This document shows, one piece after another, positions 12,901-26,649 of a DNA stretch of 64,000 bases. Each line of letters starts with the position of its first letter. The stretch's first letter is position 1. The notes under the pieces are model-generated. The model did no database searches. It was not told where the DNA came from and worked only from the letters and a program-made list of their open reading frames with translations. The stretch is taken from contig NC_092679.1 in assembly GCF_964355755.1 (NCBI RefSeq), forward strand, positions 23,419,432 to 23,483,431. Direction: 5' to 3'. The stretch comes from Antedon mediterranea. Taxonomy: Eukaryota; Animalia; Echinodermata. The position numbers and the translations under genes were made by a program.

Positions 12901-15900
12901 TGTAAATAGTTTTCCGCTTACCGTTACCGGCGGCTCGTCTTTGTAAATTGGCCTTTTAATATAATATTTTTAACCATTCATTTGTAGTTGCCGCTTAGGA
13001 ATTACTGTAAATATTGAAAAATGTCTTTGCTCATGCGAGTGAGTGTATACATTTGAGGGACGAAGGCTAAAGAACGTCTTCATCCGTACCTCTTACTATA
13101 AGTGAAGCTTTGGTAGTTAGTTCACCCGAACTACTGGTTGCCAAACAGGTGTAAACCCCACTATCGGATACTGTAACACCAAATATAGTTAACTTGTTTC
13201 CATATATGGTATGTCTTTGACTCGAATTGATCTGTTAAAGGTAAACGGTATGATTAACATGATGGTGGGATAACAAGATATAAGATATTTAATTAGCAAA
13301 TGTATAAGTGGACATCTTCGGGAACCAATTGTCTCTTTAATAATAGAGGTGTAGGCCTACCCGTAATGGGAGTCGCCTCACCATGTTGCAGTGTTAAAAT
13401 ACCCACGGGAAAGTGTCCCTTTTATAGGGTGTCCTAAAGATGTTTCTGCTTAACTCTCTATATTATGTTTGCGATGAGAGATGAAGATGATGTGTCGTGA
13501 GTGTTTGCTTCGTTTAGGTAGGGATACATACAGTAGTATTGTTGAACAACCATGAAAGACGAGGCTTTGGCGCTCCTATGACGTCACATACAAAGTTTGT
13601 GTTCTGCCCTTCTGTAGTTTGAATGTTTGTCATAGGGATACGAAGTGTTGGGGCCAATCCTGAAATAAAAGAATAAATAGACATACGATAATAATAAAAT
13701 TCTCCGTTGCATTGATAAATAACGTACATAAATATGGAACGCCTCCTCTGCCTTCAGATAAATAACGTACATAAAGCTCTGTCTACTATATCAAATGTCA
13801 TGTGCCCATATATGAACATGATGATGTTATGTTACTACCATAATCACACTTTTTGGTCAAATTAGTTTGATAGTGTAGACAGAGCTTTAAAACAATGGGA
13901 AATATTCTACCCTCATATTTTAAACTTTGTTACTAGGAATTCCTACATACCAACAACAATGATGTATGCTTGGGTCCAAATACTTCCGTGTATGTTTTTA
14001 GCCATGCACGTGACGATCCCTGCATCTTCCTTCTGCGCATTTCGTATTCGCAACTGGTTTCCATGTGCGAATATCCTATCCTCAGTAATTCCTGAAATAA
14101 ATATATAAATATTTTAGTCTGTAACTTGAATGGGCATGCGCATTCACATGCATAATGTTTATGTTACCATGGAACTACTGACCAATCAGATACATCCATC
14201 ATACGTAGTGTGCGGTGCGGCTTATTATAATATTTTGAGCAGACGATCGACACACGGAGTTTAACGGGAACAAAAGTGGAAGAAAGTTAGAAACCCGTAA
14301 GTAATTAACATCAATGGAATTAATTTGTCTAATTTTACGATGTGGATAGTATAGGCTTAGCTAGTGTAATACTAAACGTCAATACAATTATATACAATCT
14401 TTATCTAGGCTAGATCGAGAAGAGTAGCCTACACACGGGGTAGCCTAGGGAGACCTACTACTTCGCTACAATAGTTACGGGCTGTCAGGCCTGGCCGGGC
14501 CTTCCTACTTGAAAGACTATGGCCTAGCCGAGTCTCTGGATACGTTTGCCAATCATTAGGCGTAGATACAGGCATTATTGTTAAGTCTAGGCCTACATGG
14601 ACTAACTTATACATATTATGCTTAAGATTGATTTCAACTTATTATATTAGACGCAGTGCAAATCTGACGAATTTACCAATTTATGCAAACGACAGTTCGG
14701 ATGATCCATCGTGTCGGTCAAATTACGGCGCGCTTACGTCATTGCATTACACATTTGGTGTAGCTTAAACGCAGTTATTTTGACAAATGTGCCTCAATGT
14801 AAAAGTGTGGAATATTATTAAATACTATGGAAATTGCAGGTAACTAATAGTAATACATGTAAACTACCAGATCTCTATTCCATATCTAAATAGACCCATT
14901 CCATATCATAGGCCCTATTCTTGACCGTTTTATTCTTATTTATCAAGTTCTCTACCGACACGACAAAACCATTCGTGTCGAGGTCTTTCCCTTTACCACC
15001 TACTCAAATGTTTGTTATTGCACAAAGCGCCATGCGCTTCACATGGGTAGGGGACACCGGCGCTATATAAGTTTTCATTTATTATTATTATTATTGTCAA
15101 ATCATTTATTCCCAAACTTCCAATTATTCAGCCATGTACTTTTTGGTTACATAGTTTTCAAGTGCCGTCTTTGATACGAATGTTAACCAGTTAACCGCCC
15201 ACAATTTTTTTCCTATTAATAACTTATATGTACTAACTACTGATTAACATACCGTTGAATGATGGTGTCGGTCTTTGGTTATTATCAGTCGACCATGTAA
15301 TTTCTGGTTCTGGTGAGCCGCCAGCCAAGCACGTGATCGAACCAGATTCTCCTGGACTTAGTATGGTGTCAGCTATCTTGGTTGTCCAAAATGGAGATGC
15401 TGTGAAAGAATATAGTAATATTTATAAGGTATCACAACAAGTAGTAGGCTATACATAGCCAACAGAAACTGCTACGAAGAATATTATAATGTACCTAGAT
15501 TTATTTATTTAGTGCTATGAATAATTGTTTGACTAGGCCTATTTGCTGATTTTGTTTTCTAGTTTGTGAATCTAGTAATTTTTGTCGTTTTTTGTTTTAT
15601 TTATTTATCTGTATTTACAACTACAGACAATTCATATCCTTGGTAATTCCATGCAATTGCTAAATAGTAGTAGTAGTAGTAGTAGTAGTACGAAACATCA
15701 AAAGTAAATGATAAATAAGGCCTAATTTGTACCAAGAAACCCTAATACAAAGTGAATAATTTCTACTTTATCTATTTCTTGACATATTTTATGCAGCCTA
15801 TAGCCTTTTATTCATGATGAAAATAATAGATTCTTCGTATTTGTTTCCAAACGCGCGCGCTTACATCGTAACTGTCCAGACGATGGTTGTTGTCATGTAT

Positions 15901-17112
15901 GCATGATATTTACTCACCCTCGACGTGTAGAGAAACAGTTCGTTCTTCCTGTATCGTCCCGTTTGTCACCACACACCGGTATTCACCCGTATCTGTGACA
16001 GTAACATGCGTAATTGTTAAAACTTGACCTAGGTCACTGATAGTACTACGGTTTGTTTCCAAAATACCATTTAGTCGAAGCCATGTAACGTCGAAGTCCC
16101 TTAAAAAAACAAATGTATTGTATTAACAAAATACTTTTCTTATACGTAAAAAATGTCAATATCTGTCAATATTTCATTTTGTTTCCTATTGTTCATCGAC
16201 GATCATACGGGTATTATACATACCAGATTGCATGGTTTTTAAAAATATTTAATTTAAACCGCGCAATCAATTGAAATGATAGTTTGCACATTTTCATACA
16301 TCGTGTTATGTTCCTTTTTTTTCAAAAGATACGTGGCATGATCGTTTTTTTTTTTATTATTTGGTTGAATTTACCGGCATTGTTAGAAAGCTTAAGTTTT
16401 AAAGTATTTGATTAATTTATAGATTTTGTATAATCCTGTATTTGGGCAAATATTTTGTAATTACTGTGAAAGCACTTACATTGAAATCGGAACACATCTC
16501 AGACGCACTTCTTGTGATGTTGTCGTCTTCAGAAAAATTGGCGGCGAAACGAAAATTAACGTTCTATTTGCTCCGATGAAGTCAAGAGCTAATAATGGAA
16601 AATAAAATAAAAAAATACAGTCGAATCCTCCTTTTGGTCACCCTTATCGATGAGACATCCCTATTTAAGGATACACCTTCCCGCGGTGATATAAGGAGGA
16701 AATATGTTCATTGCGGCCAATTCGTATTAAGGGGGTGTGGACTCTTGCCAAATGGTTTGATTCAACCATTATTAAGGGGACAACAACAAAAGACAAAGGG
16801 GAGGTGGGAACTTAGAATCTGTTTTTTTATATAGTTATTTTATTTATCCTTAAATGCATCAACGTAAAGACAAGTTTATAAGGTAGATATCCTTAAGCTC
16901 TGTCTACACGATCACACTTTGTGACCAAAAATGTGCCCATATATGGAAATGATGATGCCATATCAGTACCACATTTGGGCACATCAGTTTGATAGTGTAG
17001 ACAGAGCTTTAGATTATTGCCACTTACTTTGGTTCGTTCTTCCTTCCTTCACAACAGCACACACATAAATGTTCACCATAACAACAATAAACACAGCAGA
17101 TACTTTCAGCAT
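9924..17112 (-). CDS. L1/neuroglian/contactin-like cell adhesion protein: signal peptide + 4 Ig + 2 FN3, no membrane anchor seen
   Basis: Phase-compatible exons at about 17028-17112 (MLKVSAVFIVVMVNIYVCAVV), 16480-16588, 15918-16100 (DTGEYRC), 15253-15399, 13949-14090 (DAGIVTC), 13532-13659, 13095-13232 (DSGVYTC), 12427-12595, 12005-12126 (YEGRYTC), 10427-10786 (FN3, WDPGFDGNSP), 9924-10146 (NGPGFYYLVSW...NAMGSGP). Stop TAG at 9926-9924. Confidence 0.8.
11015..11325 (-). mobile_element. tRNA-derived SINE with CORE-like body and LINE-type 3' tail
   Basis: Minus strand: A box TGGCGCAGTG, B box GGTTCGAATCC, body GGCAAGATACTTTAC..CTCCACCCAGGTGTATAAATGGGTACC, tail AAAGCGCC..GCGCTATATAAAT..ATTATT. 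Confidence 0.75.
11565..11606 (+). ncRNA. Minimal type I hammerhead ribozyme, Penelope-like-element type
   Basis: TTGCA-CTGATGA-A-GGGC(tagtgtt)GCCC-GAAA-GCTC-TGC: both conserved cores, 4-bp stem II, palindromic AGCT stem III, short stem I. Confidence 0.7.
12819..12957. mobile_element. Small palindromic MITE
   Basis: TIR AAGGTCAATTTACAAAGACG / CGTCTTTGTAAATTGGCCTT. Confidence 0.6.
13773..13889. mobile_element. MITE family A
   Basis: TAAAGCTCTGTCTAC...GTGTAGACAGAGCTTTA. Confidence 0.85.
16894..17011. mobile_element. MITE family A
   Basis: TTAAGCTCTGTCTACAC...GTGTAGACAGAGCTTTA. Confidence 0.85.
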
Positions 17113-18765
17113 ATTGTGTATGTTGTGTTCGACTAGTCAAAATGTGTCTATATCTTGGTTAGATTTTGAGTTCTTTTGAGAACATTTCGGTTTGGAGTAC
17201 CTTTTGAATAGAGTATTGACCGACCGCCCATTTCTTGAGTTTTCACCGCCCATCGTTTACTAAAACCACTTGTAATGATGATTTATAAACTATAAATTTG
17301 AACCTCTCAAGCAAAATTATTATAAACAAGAGGTTCATTGGTATTGATGCACCTATCTAGATACCTTTCCGCACTTGACCGATATTTAAAACGTCTGAAA
17401 TCATCCATGTCTCGTCTTAATAAGTAGTTAATATCACCTTTTAACATTACAGTATTAAACGTATTTGTAACACTCAACTCGCTGTGTAAATTAAGTTTAT
17501 TTTAAATGGCTGTGATCCCTTTTCTTAGGTCTATCTTAGAATTATATTTCCTATGATGATGGCGAATACAGTATAGGCCTTAGCGGCCAGCGATTGGCCG
17601 TTCTGAATTTTTAAATAATTTGTTTAAGGGTTAACCACTCATACTTTAGTTTGCATTTTTGTCATGTTTGACAATATACCTAAAAATAAAAGAAAAACTT
17701 TTCTGTCTTAATACCCACAACTCATCAATCTTCTTATGTGTAAACAATTCTCGCAAAGCGCAAACTTGGCATAAATATCATTCGATATTTGCCTATTTGT
17801 AACCTACATTATGTATTAAAAGTAATTCGTTCCAATGAATAAAAATATTTAATTATTAAAAAAAAAACCACCTCAGTTACATTAAAATGGCATATTCAAA
17901 CAAAAATTGTAAGAATTATTTTACAAGTAAAGGCTACGTTGTTTTTGGGTTTACGCTGGGCAAAAGCAAAACACATTGTTTATAATGTTACAACAAGGCC
18001 TACTATGTTACATTACTTAAATTAGAAATGTATGCCCAAACGAGTTACATGCAATAATTTGTATCATTACTTATATAAGAATAATAAATAAGAACTACAT
18101 TGATTGAACAGTAACGTTATTTAATATTAAGATTAATATTGTTTACAATTCAATTTGTTTATCGTTAAGAAAATAGTTTAAACGATTTGAAAGATATTAA
18201 TACAGTAGCTAAAAGGTAGCTGTTTAAAAGTTTATGACAAATTAAAAAAAACATAACATTTAATAATATATGAAATCAATAATAGAAAATAACACAAACG
18301 AACTTAAATTGAACTATAAAAGAAGAATAAACTGCATAAAAGATACTATAAAAAATATGTAAATTATATAGGCCTACAATGCAACAAATAATACTAATTT
18401 GTTGTTTATAATTAAGTAAAGTACTTCTTGGCATAATCCTGTCTTAAATTGTAATGTTCAAATTTACCTTATATGTTATATTTATCAGTCAAAATGTTGA
18501 GGATAATAATAAACGTGTGATTTTGACACCAATTAAGGCACCAACATGTTAATTACCGAGATGATACCATAGGTTAAACTTAATTTATGTCCCATGCAGT
18601 GTCAATCGTGATTTATAATATTTTGTATTTGTAATGCTTTATTGCCAGTATCATTACAAATACATATATTATTACAAAATTAAAATAAAGGAGGGTTTAT
18701 TTTAAAAGTTTGAAATCCAATGGTAGATACTGCAATTGTAAAGAGCCAATTTGTTAGACATGTTT

Positions 18766-18911
18766 AAAGCTCTATCTACACTCTGTCGTCAAACTTTTTA
18801 TGACAAAAAAATGTGATGTCCCATAATCATATAGAGATGATGAGGTCATATCACTACCATATTTGGGCACATGACACTTTGTTTTTGTCAAACTAGTTTG
18901 ATAGTAGCTTT
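18766..18911. mobile_element. MITE family A
   Basis: TAAAGCTCTATCTACAC...AAACTAGTTTGATAGTAGCTTT, same internal core. Confidence 0.8.
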
Positions 18912-19208
18912 CAGTCCTCTTGTTATTAGGCTATTAGAAATAATAACCATTTTGATTTAATTCATCAGTCAATCTTTGGCAAACGATCGATGACAATTTG
19001 AAACGAATCGCATTTATATGAAAACATATTTTATGTCAATCGATTGTAAATAAATGTAGCTTTCGTCTAAAAAATGAATTAAATATGGAAGTGTATACTC
19101 TATAATTATTTAATCGATATTTATATTTGAATTATTTGTTAATTTGCAAGTGCAGTTAGATTTGCACACAGGCAATGTAAAATATCGCACAGAGCATACC
19201 GTTTATAT

Positions 19209-21541
19209 ATGAGTAGAGCAACAGTCAGAATGTGTAATAAACGTATACTTGTAGTATTATCTCTACTTTTCGCTAATTTAAAATTTGCGTCGTCTGCGCA
19301 ATATACTGTTGTTTCGCATCGTGCTCTTCAGGGCTGGAGTTATGAACTGACAAACATCAATCGTCTTCAATGTTTGTTGGCATGTTCTAGGAAAATCTTC
19401 TGTTTATCTGTCAACTATAATAAACAGAGTAAAGTATGTCAGTTGAGCAATCGACGACGGCGAGACATGTTTGTGATTGAATCTTTTGAAGAAGACACTA
19501 ACTTTGAATACAACGAAAAGGTGGGAATAATGTAAACATTTGCGTTCATAACCTGGCAAACTTAGGCCTATATTAGAACAGTGACCTTTAAAGTTATATC
19601 ATTTAAACAACTGAATAAAATGAAGACATATATTCCATTATGTAGGCCTACCGGTACCTACAGGCGCTTATGTAGAAAATTCTTTAGAATTAGAAAACTA
19701 ATAGGCTTAATATAAAAACGACCAAACAAACATTAGCTAATTGAATTGGGAATTATAGGCGTTTTTGTAATTTGTATGTACAGTTAACACCCAATTTTTA
19801 GATAAAATCCGTTGTATTTAAATATTGTTAACCATTTACTAAGTTATTTTTTTTTAATTGAATTTTGGAGAAATAAGTTTTCGTTGATGAGTTGTACGTG
19901 TTCTCATAACACTTTCTTTCGTTGCCTTATCACATGTTGGGACAAAGTGATTTCGTTCCATATTTATTAGTAAATACCATTTTTCACAGCTACTGTTAAC
20001 TTAATTTGCGTTGTTTTATAAACCACCGTAAAAATACGTTACTTTGTTACAGTAGGCCTAGTATAATTTTTGATATACACACTATTTATGTCGCATAATA
20101 CTTAAGTGACATTTTCACTGTATTTCAGTAGTAATTGGTGAGATAATTTCTTCTCTTCCAAATGTAATTTTGTGTAATTGAATTGATATACTGTAGCCTA
20201 TTTTTCCTTTGACTGAAAATTGAAAGAAAAAAAACCCCCATTATTATTCAGAAATTGCTTACACTCTGTTATGCTTTTTGTAACTAGGTACTGGATACGT
20301 ACGAGACAAGTAAGTACACAAATCGCAATAATGTAGACCTATCGAGTAAGAAGGGGCCGGTTTTTCTTGCTGGCCCAGCTCTCCGATATAGCAGGATCTT
20401 CCGATATTTCTTGTATCTCCTATTCTTAAAATACAATAATTTTCTGCCGATATTTTGGATAAACATAAACAATATCCCGGTAATATAAAACAATTTATAA
20501 TTTCAACAACATACTGTAGGCTGTGATACACATACATATTAAACATACAGTAGGCTTACTAATTTTGGTCTGTGAAGATGTTTCTAATAAATTCACGCAT
20601 TGTCAAACTCCAATCTTGTTTCAGATGGTGTACATGTTACTTCTACCAATGTTACTTACGACGAGGCTCAAAGTATCTGTAAGGACCATTTAGGTTCTCT
20701 GGCAACGTATGAGAATATTTATCATGCTTTTGGACCGCGAATGGACAATTGTACTGAAGGGTGGCTTATCAGCGGTGAGATCGCCTTCACGGAAGAAACG
20801 GCAACGGACAAATGTGTGTTGAAGAAACCAAATGAACGAAATAACGTGTTTCCCTGTAAGACATATTATAGTGGGTATTATTGCTACGCAAACTATAGTC
20901 AAGTTGTAGATCGACAGCACTACATTTCAGAAAGTCAACAAATCATTCGACTTACGGGCAACAACGCGGAGAAGTTAAACGCTAATGCGTCTGATGTTTG
21001 TTGTAAAATCTTTGGTGGCAGACTAGCTACTCCTTTCGAAGTGACCACGGTGAGCGTAACGCACGTTGGTCTTTGCGTAAAAGCGTGGCTGTCGCACGGA
21101 TTAGCAGGCAATGCATGTCACGGTGGTCAGTTGGATACTTGGATCTTTCCTGGATGGATTCGTTTTGACTACCCAATGAAAGAATTCTTTGCCATGTGTT
21201 ATATTCCTTTCCCGGATGAGAATCTCACTTTCCCGAATCCATTTCCTGATCACAATGTCATACATGTTCTAGGAATCGAACCATATAGCCTTACGTATGA
21301 AGAAGCCCAGGCGAGATGTATTGGACATGGTGGTGTTATGGCCACAAGGGCACAGGTAGAGTTCGCGAATAGCTTAGGGTACAGTGTGTGCAGTGCAGGA
21401 TGGGTCGAGAGCGGAGAAGTTATTTATCCTATGACAGAACGTCTAAATGAATGTGGAGGAACAATAGGTATTATTTCATGGGGTTATAAGAGTCATAGCG
21501 ATATGTACGGTGGCTATTGCTACATCATAAACATACCGTAA
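19209..21541 (+). CDS. Secreted PAN/apple domain + three Link (Xlink) module protein
   Basis: Exon 1 19209-19520: signal peptide and PAN motif 'CLLACSRKIFCLSVNY...CQLS'. Probable micro-exon 20288-20309 supplies the required phase change. Last exon 20625-21541 has three Link-like repeats, the third canonical: 'YSLTYEEAQARC...MATRAQV...GYSVCSAGWVESGEVIYPM...CGG..GIISWG...YGGYCY'. Confidence 0.75.
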
Positions 21542-24150
21542 ACAATGGGCTGTACGTGCAACAATAATATATTTGCAGGAAGAATAATTGTACATAACGA
21601 TGAAAACGTCACAAATAGTGTAACAATACAGAGATAACAGATTCAACACCACACAAGGATAGAATGAATGCAAGAGTAGCCTGGTAGTAAACATACATGC
21701 ACACCGATTTTAGTTTATTGACCTTTACCGTTCGTTACAGTATTGTCATAAAAAAAACATAGAAAAGTAATAATAACAAAAAACAAAATATAAATGTATA
21801 CACAAAAAATAAATAAAATTATCTTCTGTAATTATGTACCCTCTGTAAATGTATTAGCTAGTAGGGGTACGTGTTCATAGGATGTGTGGTGTACGATAGA
21901 TGTGGTTTCCAAATAGAGTCATTTTAAATGTGTGAACATTATAATGTTACTTCATCCCGACGACGGCAGTTTTAAAATGGTATTCATATCTGAAGAAAAA
22001 AACTATAAACAGTAACCAAAATGATCATTACCTATAAAAATACAATATAAAGAAACAAACCCCCATTGCCTGCCAGACAATTGTTGTTGTTGCTATAAAA
22101 TATTATCAGGTAAATAAATATTTTTTTTCGAACCAATTTTTGGTCAAAGTGAATAACCTGTATGTAAAACTAAAATGACATTTCAAAACAAGTTTAACAA
22201 ACACATGTAAGTTACAATACATCAGAATCAGTTATTTTTGTGTCCAACTGCTGATGTAGCGGGGTGCGATATTTTTTTTCGTACAAAAGTTGGGGACCCC
22301 TCATAAAACGTCACAGAATAAACATGAATATGAATTAGTCATATCAGGGAAGATATCATGATGATATTATAAGCTGTACTCTGTCTCGGATAACTAGTTA
22401 TTTACATTGGTCAGAAACAATAACATACTGTATACACTTCTATGTATATTTAATGAAATGAATCTATAGGGAAATTTAGTTTTTATTCGACGTCGTTTCA
22501 TATTGATTTTTTAACTACTTTATTCAAAAATGTTTCTCAATGATAAACACGTGCGCAACGATATGGCTAAAACGTTTCAACGCAATACGCGGGTATACAG
22601 CGTTACACAAGTAGCTAGTAAACAAAACAAGATTATTTCAGTGGTAATAAATACTGGAGATGATGTATTACTTTCTGGAATAATATAATAAATGGTATTC
22701 AAACCAGCAGAGATGGTCGACATAGCGTACTCAGTATGGCTATATCCTTCCTTATCCAACAATAGAGACATTTCACCGTCGTTAAGATTCCCCTGAACAA
22801 AACAAGTTACAATTACTGCAGTGGATAGAGTATCGGCTGGTATTAAAACTGTCGGCTCACTTGGTTCACCAGTAAACACTGAAGATACGTTAGAACTCCA
22901 TTTATAGACCAAATCAAACTGGTTGTTATCTTGAATGTTGCATTTTAATAGATATGTTCCATTTGTTAGCAACGTTATGTCTATAAACACGTTCATAGGT
23001 GGTGATAGGCCTATATTTAATTTGAATTTGCACTCACTAACGGTGTTCTCATGCGTACGTGCAACGCAGCGTACCTCAGTCCCATTCAATTGTGCATTTG
23101 CGACGAATCGAAGCTGTGAGCTGATGACAGAATAATTATCATTTCGGAGTGTAATATTAGGATATACAGCACCCTCCCATCTCGGATAGTCCTCCCAGAG
23201 TCCTACTGAAGCTGAACAACCAAGTGTGATGTTTTCTCCGGCAACAAAATTCAATTTTGATTGCTCGCATTCAAAAACTTTTACTTCGGCACTTTCAAGA
23301 AAGTAATGTTTGATACCATTTGCTTCACAACTGTATCTTCCAGTATCTTGAAGTTTAACAGGACTAAACAGCAAAGTCAATCTATCGGAGGTTTCGTTGT
23401 ATGTTGTTTGTATACGACTGTTATGTTCATTTTTAATTGGTATTCTTCTCTTGGGGTTCTGTTTATCATCACGCAACCACTAGACTAGGCTATGAATGAG
23501 GTAGGTGCCACCCGGAGAGGTAGAAATTCTCATATAACTTTTCTAGACCAGTTTTTTCTGGGGAATCCAAATATATTGGGTAAACGGGCTGTAACCTGAG
23601 AACTTTTGCGTGAGGGCGCTTTTTTCAAAATGGCTGCCAGTTAGAGTAGACTATGATATCTTGGCAACCACTGGTCATAGAGAGTTGATTTTGGTGTCAA
23701 ATTGTTTGGAATGTACATGTTCCTATTTGATGTAATAGAACATTTTGTCAGAAAAAGGCCGGAAATACCTCTATTGACCTTTGACCCAATATCTAACAGA
23801 TATCATATCTCCGTAACTACTCGACACAGAAAGTTGTAATTGGTGTCAAACTCTCCAAAATATAGATGTTTATATTCAAACTAATAGAACATTATCTGTA
23901 AAAATGACCGGAAATAACGTTACTGACCTTTGACCCAAAATGCAAGACATTTCTTCTATCTGATCACGTTAATCCTGTCAATTAATTCATTTTGTGCCAA
24001 TTGGAGGTTGACATTCTCATATTATTTTCTGGACCAGTTTTTCATGTGCAATCCGAATATATGAGATAAATAAGCCATAACAAGGCCAAGAATTTAATTC
24101 TTTTACTACATACATGCTTCCCTTTAGTGTTTCAGTCTGTATGTCGTGTA

Positions 24151-25184
24151 TTAATCTTCAAGATCGCTCACATCACTGCAATCTGAAAAGTCTTCATATT
24201 CATTATGTGTAAACAGTTCCTGGACATCAGTGGGCATCACTGTCTCAATCCATTTAGGCTCCATTTGTTCGTTCCATCCATTGTGTGTACTGTTGTTGAC
24301 AAAATCATTGACGTCTGCTGATTGCCATTCTTTAGTAATGAAGTTTGCTCTAAGTATATGAAACTCAAGGGTCTGCTGACATAGTGGCAGTAATGATATA
24401 TCTGTAATCTTGTTGTGTCTGGAAAACTTTCTGTTGAAGATATCATATCTTGCTTGATTTACACTTTTCCCCTTCACTCCATACAATGGTGAAACATACT
24501 CTTCAAGTTCCTCATACAACTCTTTTGATGGAACATCTGACACTCCAAGGTTGCAGAATGTGTCAACAAATGTTGCTTTTGATTCCAGAAGCTTCCAGCA
24601 GGTACGTTTTCCTTTCCGAACGAAAGCGGAGTTATACTCGTTACCGTACCTGTGAAAGCATGGAATCCAATAAGGGATGATTTCTGCGCTTTTGTTAAAT
24701 CAATGTCACTCAATTTCAGTACATTTCGGTATTTCCCAGTGTTTGTATCAATAATTACCCTCTGCCCATCATCTATGAAATGAGATAGTGAAATGACTGG
24801 AATGTCAATGTCTCCAGAATGGGAACGAATTATTGCTACGCCTTGATTGTTATTTGTTAAAGCATGCTTTGCATGCAGGATGACTTTCGTGTCGGCTTCT
24901 TCTTGGCTACTATTAAGCTCCGGAACCAATACAACAACTCAGTTTAGTAACGTAGATGCATTCTTTGTACGATGAAAAGTAAATAACATCACTCCTCATA
25001 TCTGTTAGAATGCTTTCTTTCTTTGACACTAGTACACAGCGAATAAGCTCAATCAATCTGGTCTTGTTCTCGCCGTTGGCAAGGAAATTGTTGCAACTTT
25101 GATATTTTTGAGCTTACAATTACTTTTGGTGCAATAATGCGTCTGTTTCTCGCAGTGCTCGACCAGGATCCATAACATCATCTC
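24151..25184 (-). pseudogene. Academ XPG/FEN1-like nuclease region, left-arm copy (frameshifted)
   Basis: ORF pieces with 'QEEADTKVILHA', 'SGDIDI', 'LIGFHAFTG', 'VNQARY', 'LPLCQQTLEFHILRANF'. Confidence 0.8.
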
Positions 25185-25189
25185 ACTTT

Positions 25190-26649
25190 ATTTTCGAATA
25201 GTGGGAAGAAACTAGAAATCAAGGCAAATGGGAAAGTAAAAGTAATATAAGCTAATCGGGATGTTTTAGGAAAGCTTCTTGCCACCTCAACAAAGCATGG
25301 TAGAATAATTGACTTTAAGAAAGCCTTTGAGTATCCACTTACCCCTGTCCCGCTAAGCCTTGCTAATGCAGATGGGACAAGACGAACAACTCAGAAAAGT
25401 GTCCTAATGGAAATTCTCATCGAAAGTTCAACAGATGTTATAGATCCTGGTCGGGCACTGCCAGCAAAGGCTACTGTCATTGCCTATGTTGTTGACTTGA
25501 TGGCATTAATCAGAACATTTACATCTTACCCTGATACGTACGAGGATCTTGTAGCAAAGGTTTTCAACAGCATCCCTAAAGGATACAAGCGTGTTGATAT
25601 TGTTACCGATGCATACCTGCCAAAAAGCATTAAGTCTGTTGAGAGAAACATACGCAGTATTGCACCAAAAGTAATTGTAAGCTCAACAATATTAAAGTTG
25701 GCCGTGATTTCAACAATTTCCTTGCCAACGGCGAGAACAAGACCAGATTGATTGAGCTTATTCGCTGTGTACTAGTATCAAAGAAAGAAAGCATTCCAAC
25801 AGATATGAAGATTGATGTTACCTACTTTTCATCGTACAAAGAATGCATCTACGTTACTAACTGAGATGTTGTATTGGTTCCGGAGCTTAATAGTAGCCGG
25901 AAGAAGAAGCCTACACGAAAGTCATCCTGCATGCAAAGCATGCTTTAACAAATAACAATCAAGGCGTAGCAATAATTCGTTCCCATTCTGGAGACATTGA
26001 TATTCCAGTCATTGCACTATCTCATTTCATAGATGATGGGCAGAGGGTAATTATTGATACAAACACTGGGAAATACCGAAAGGTACTGAAATTGAGTGAC
26101 ATTGATTTAACAAAAGCGCAGAAATCATCCCTTATTGGATTCCATGCTTTCACAGGTAACGATTATAACTCCGCTTTCTTTCGGAAAGGAAAACGTACCT
26201 GCTGGAAGCTTCTGGAATCAAAAGAAAAATTTGTTGACGCATTCTGCAACCTTGGAGTGTCAGATGTTCCATCAAAAGAGTTGTATGAGGAATTTGAAGA
26301 GTATGTTTCACTATTGTATGGAGTGAAGGGGGAAAGTGTAAATCAAGCAAGATATGATACCTTCAACAGAAAGTTTTCCAGACACAACAAGATTACAGAT
26401 ATATCATTACTGCCACTATGTCAGCAGACCCTTGAGTTTCATATACTTAGAGCAAACTTCATTACTAAAGAATGGCAATCAGCAGACGTAAATGATTTTG
26501 TCAACAACAGTACACACAATGGATGGAACGAACAAATGGAGCCTAAATGGATTGAGACAGTGATTCCCACTGATGTCCAGGAACTCTTTACACATAATGA
26601 ATATGAAGACTTTTCAGATTGCAGTGATGTGAGCGATCTTGAAGATTAA
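25190..26649 (+). pseudogene. Academ C-terminal/XPG-like region, right-arm copy (stop and frameshifts)
   Basis: 'FEYPLTPVPLSLANADGTRRTTQKS', 'VVDLMALIR', 'RVDIVTDAY...SIKSVER', 'GFHAFTGNDYNSAFFRKGKRTCWK' (H3TH-like motif). Confidence 0.8.

Noticed and set aside
23478-23490. CACTA start suggesting an EnSpm/CACTA element
   Set aside because: CAC is the TSD; the right end reads ..AGTCTA-CAC, not ..TAGTG, so the true termini are TAG..CTA.
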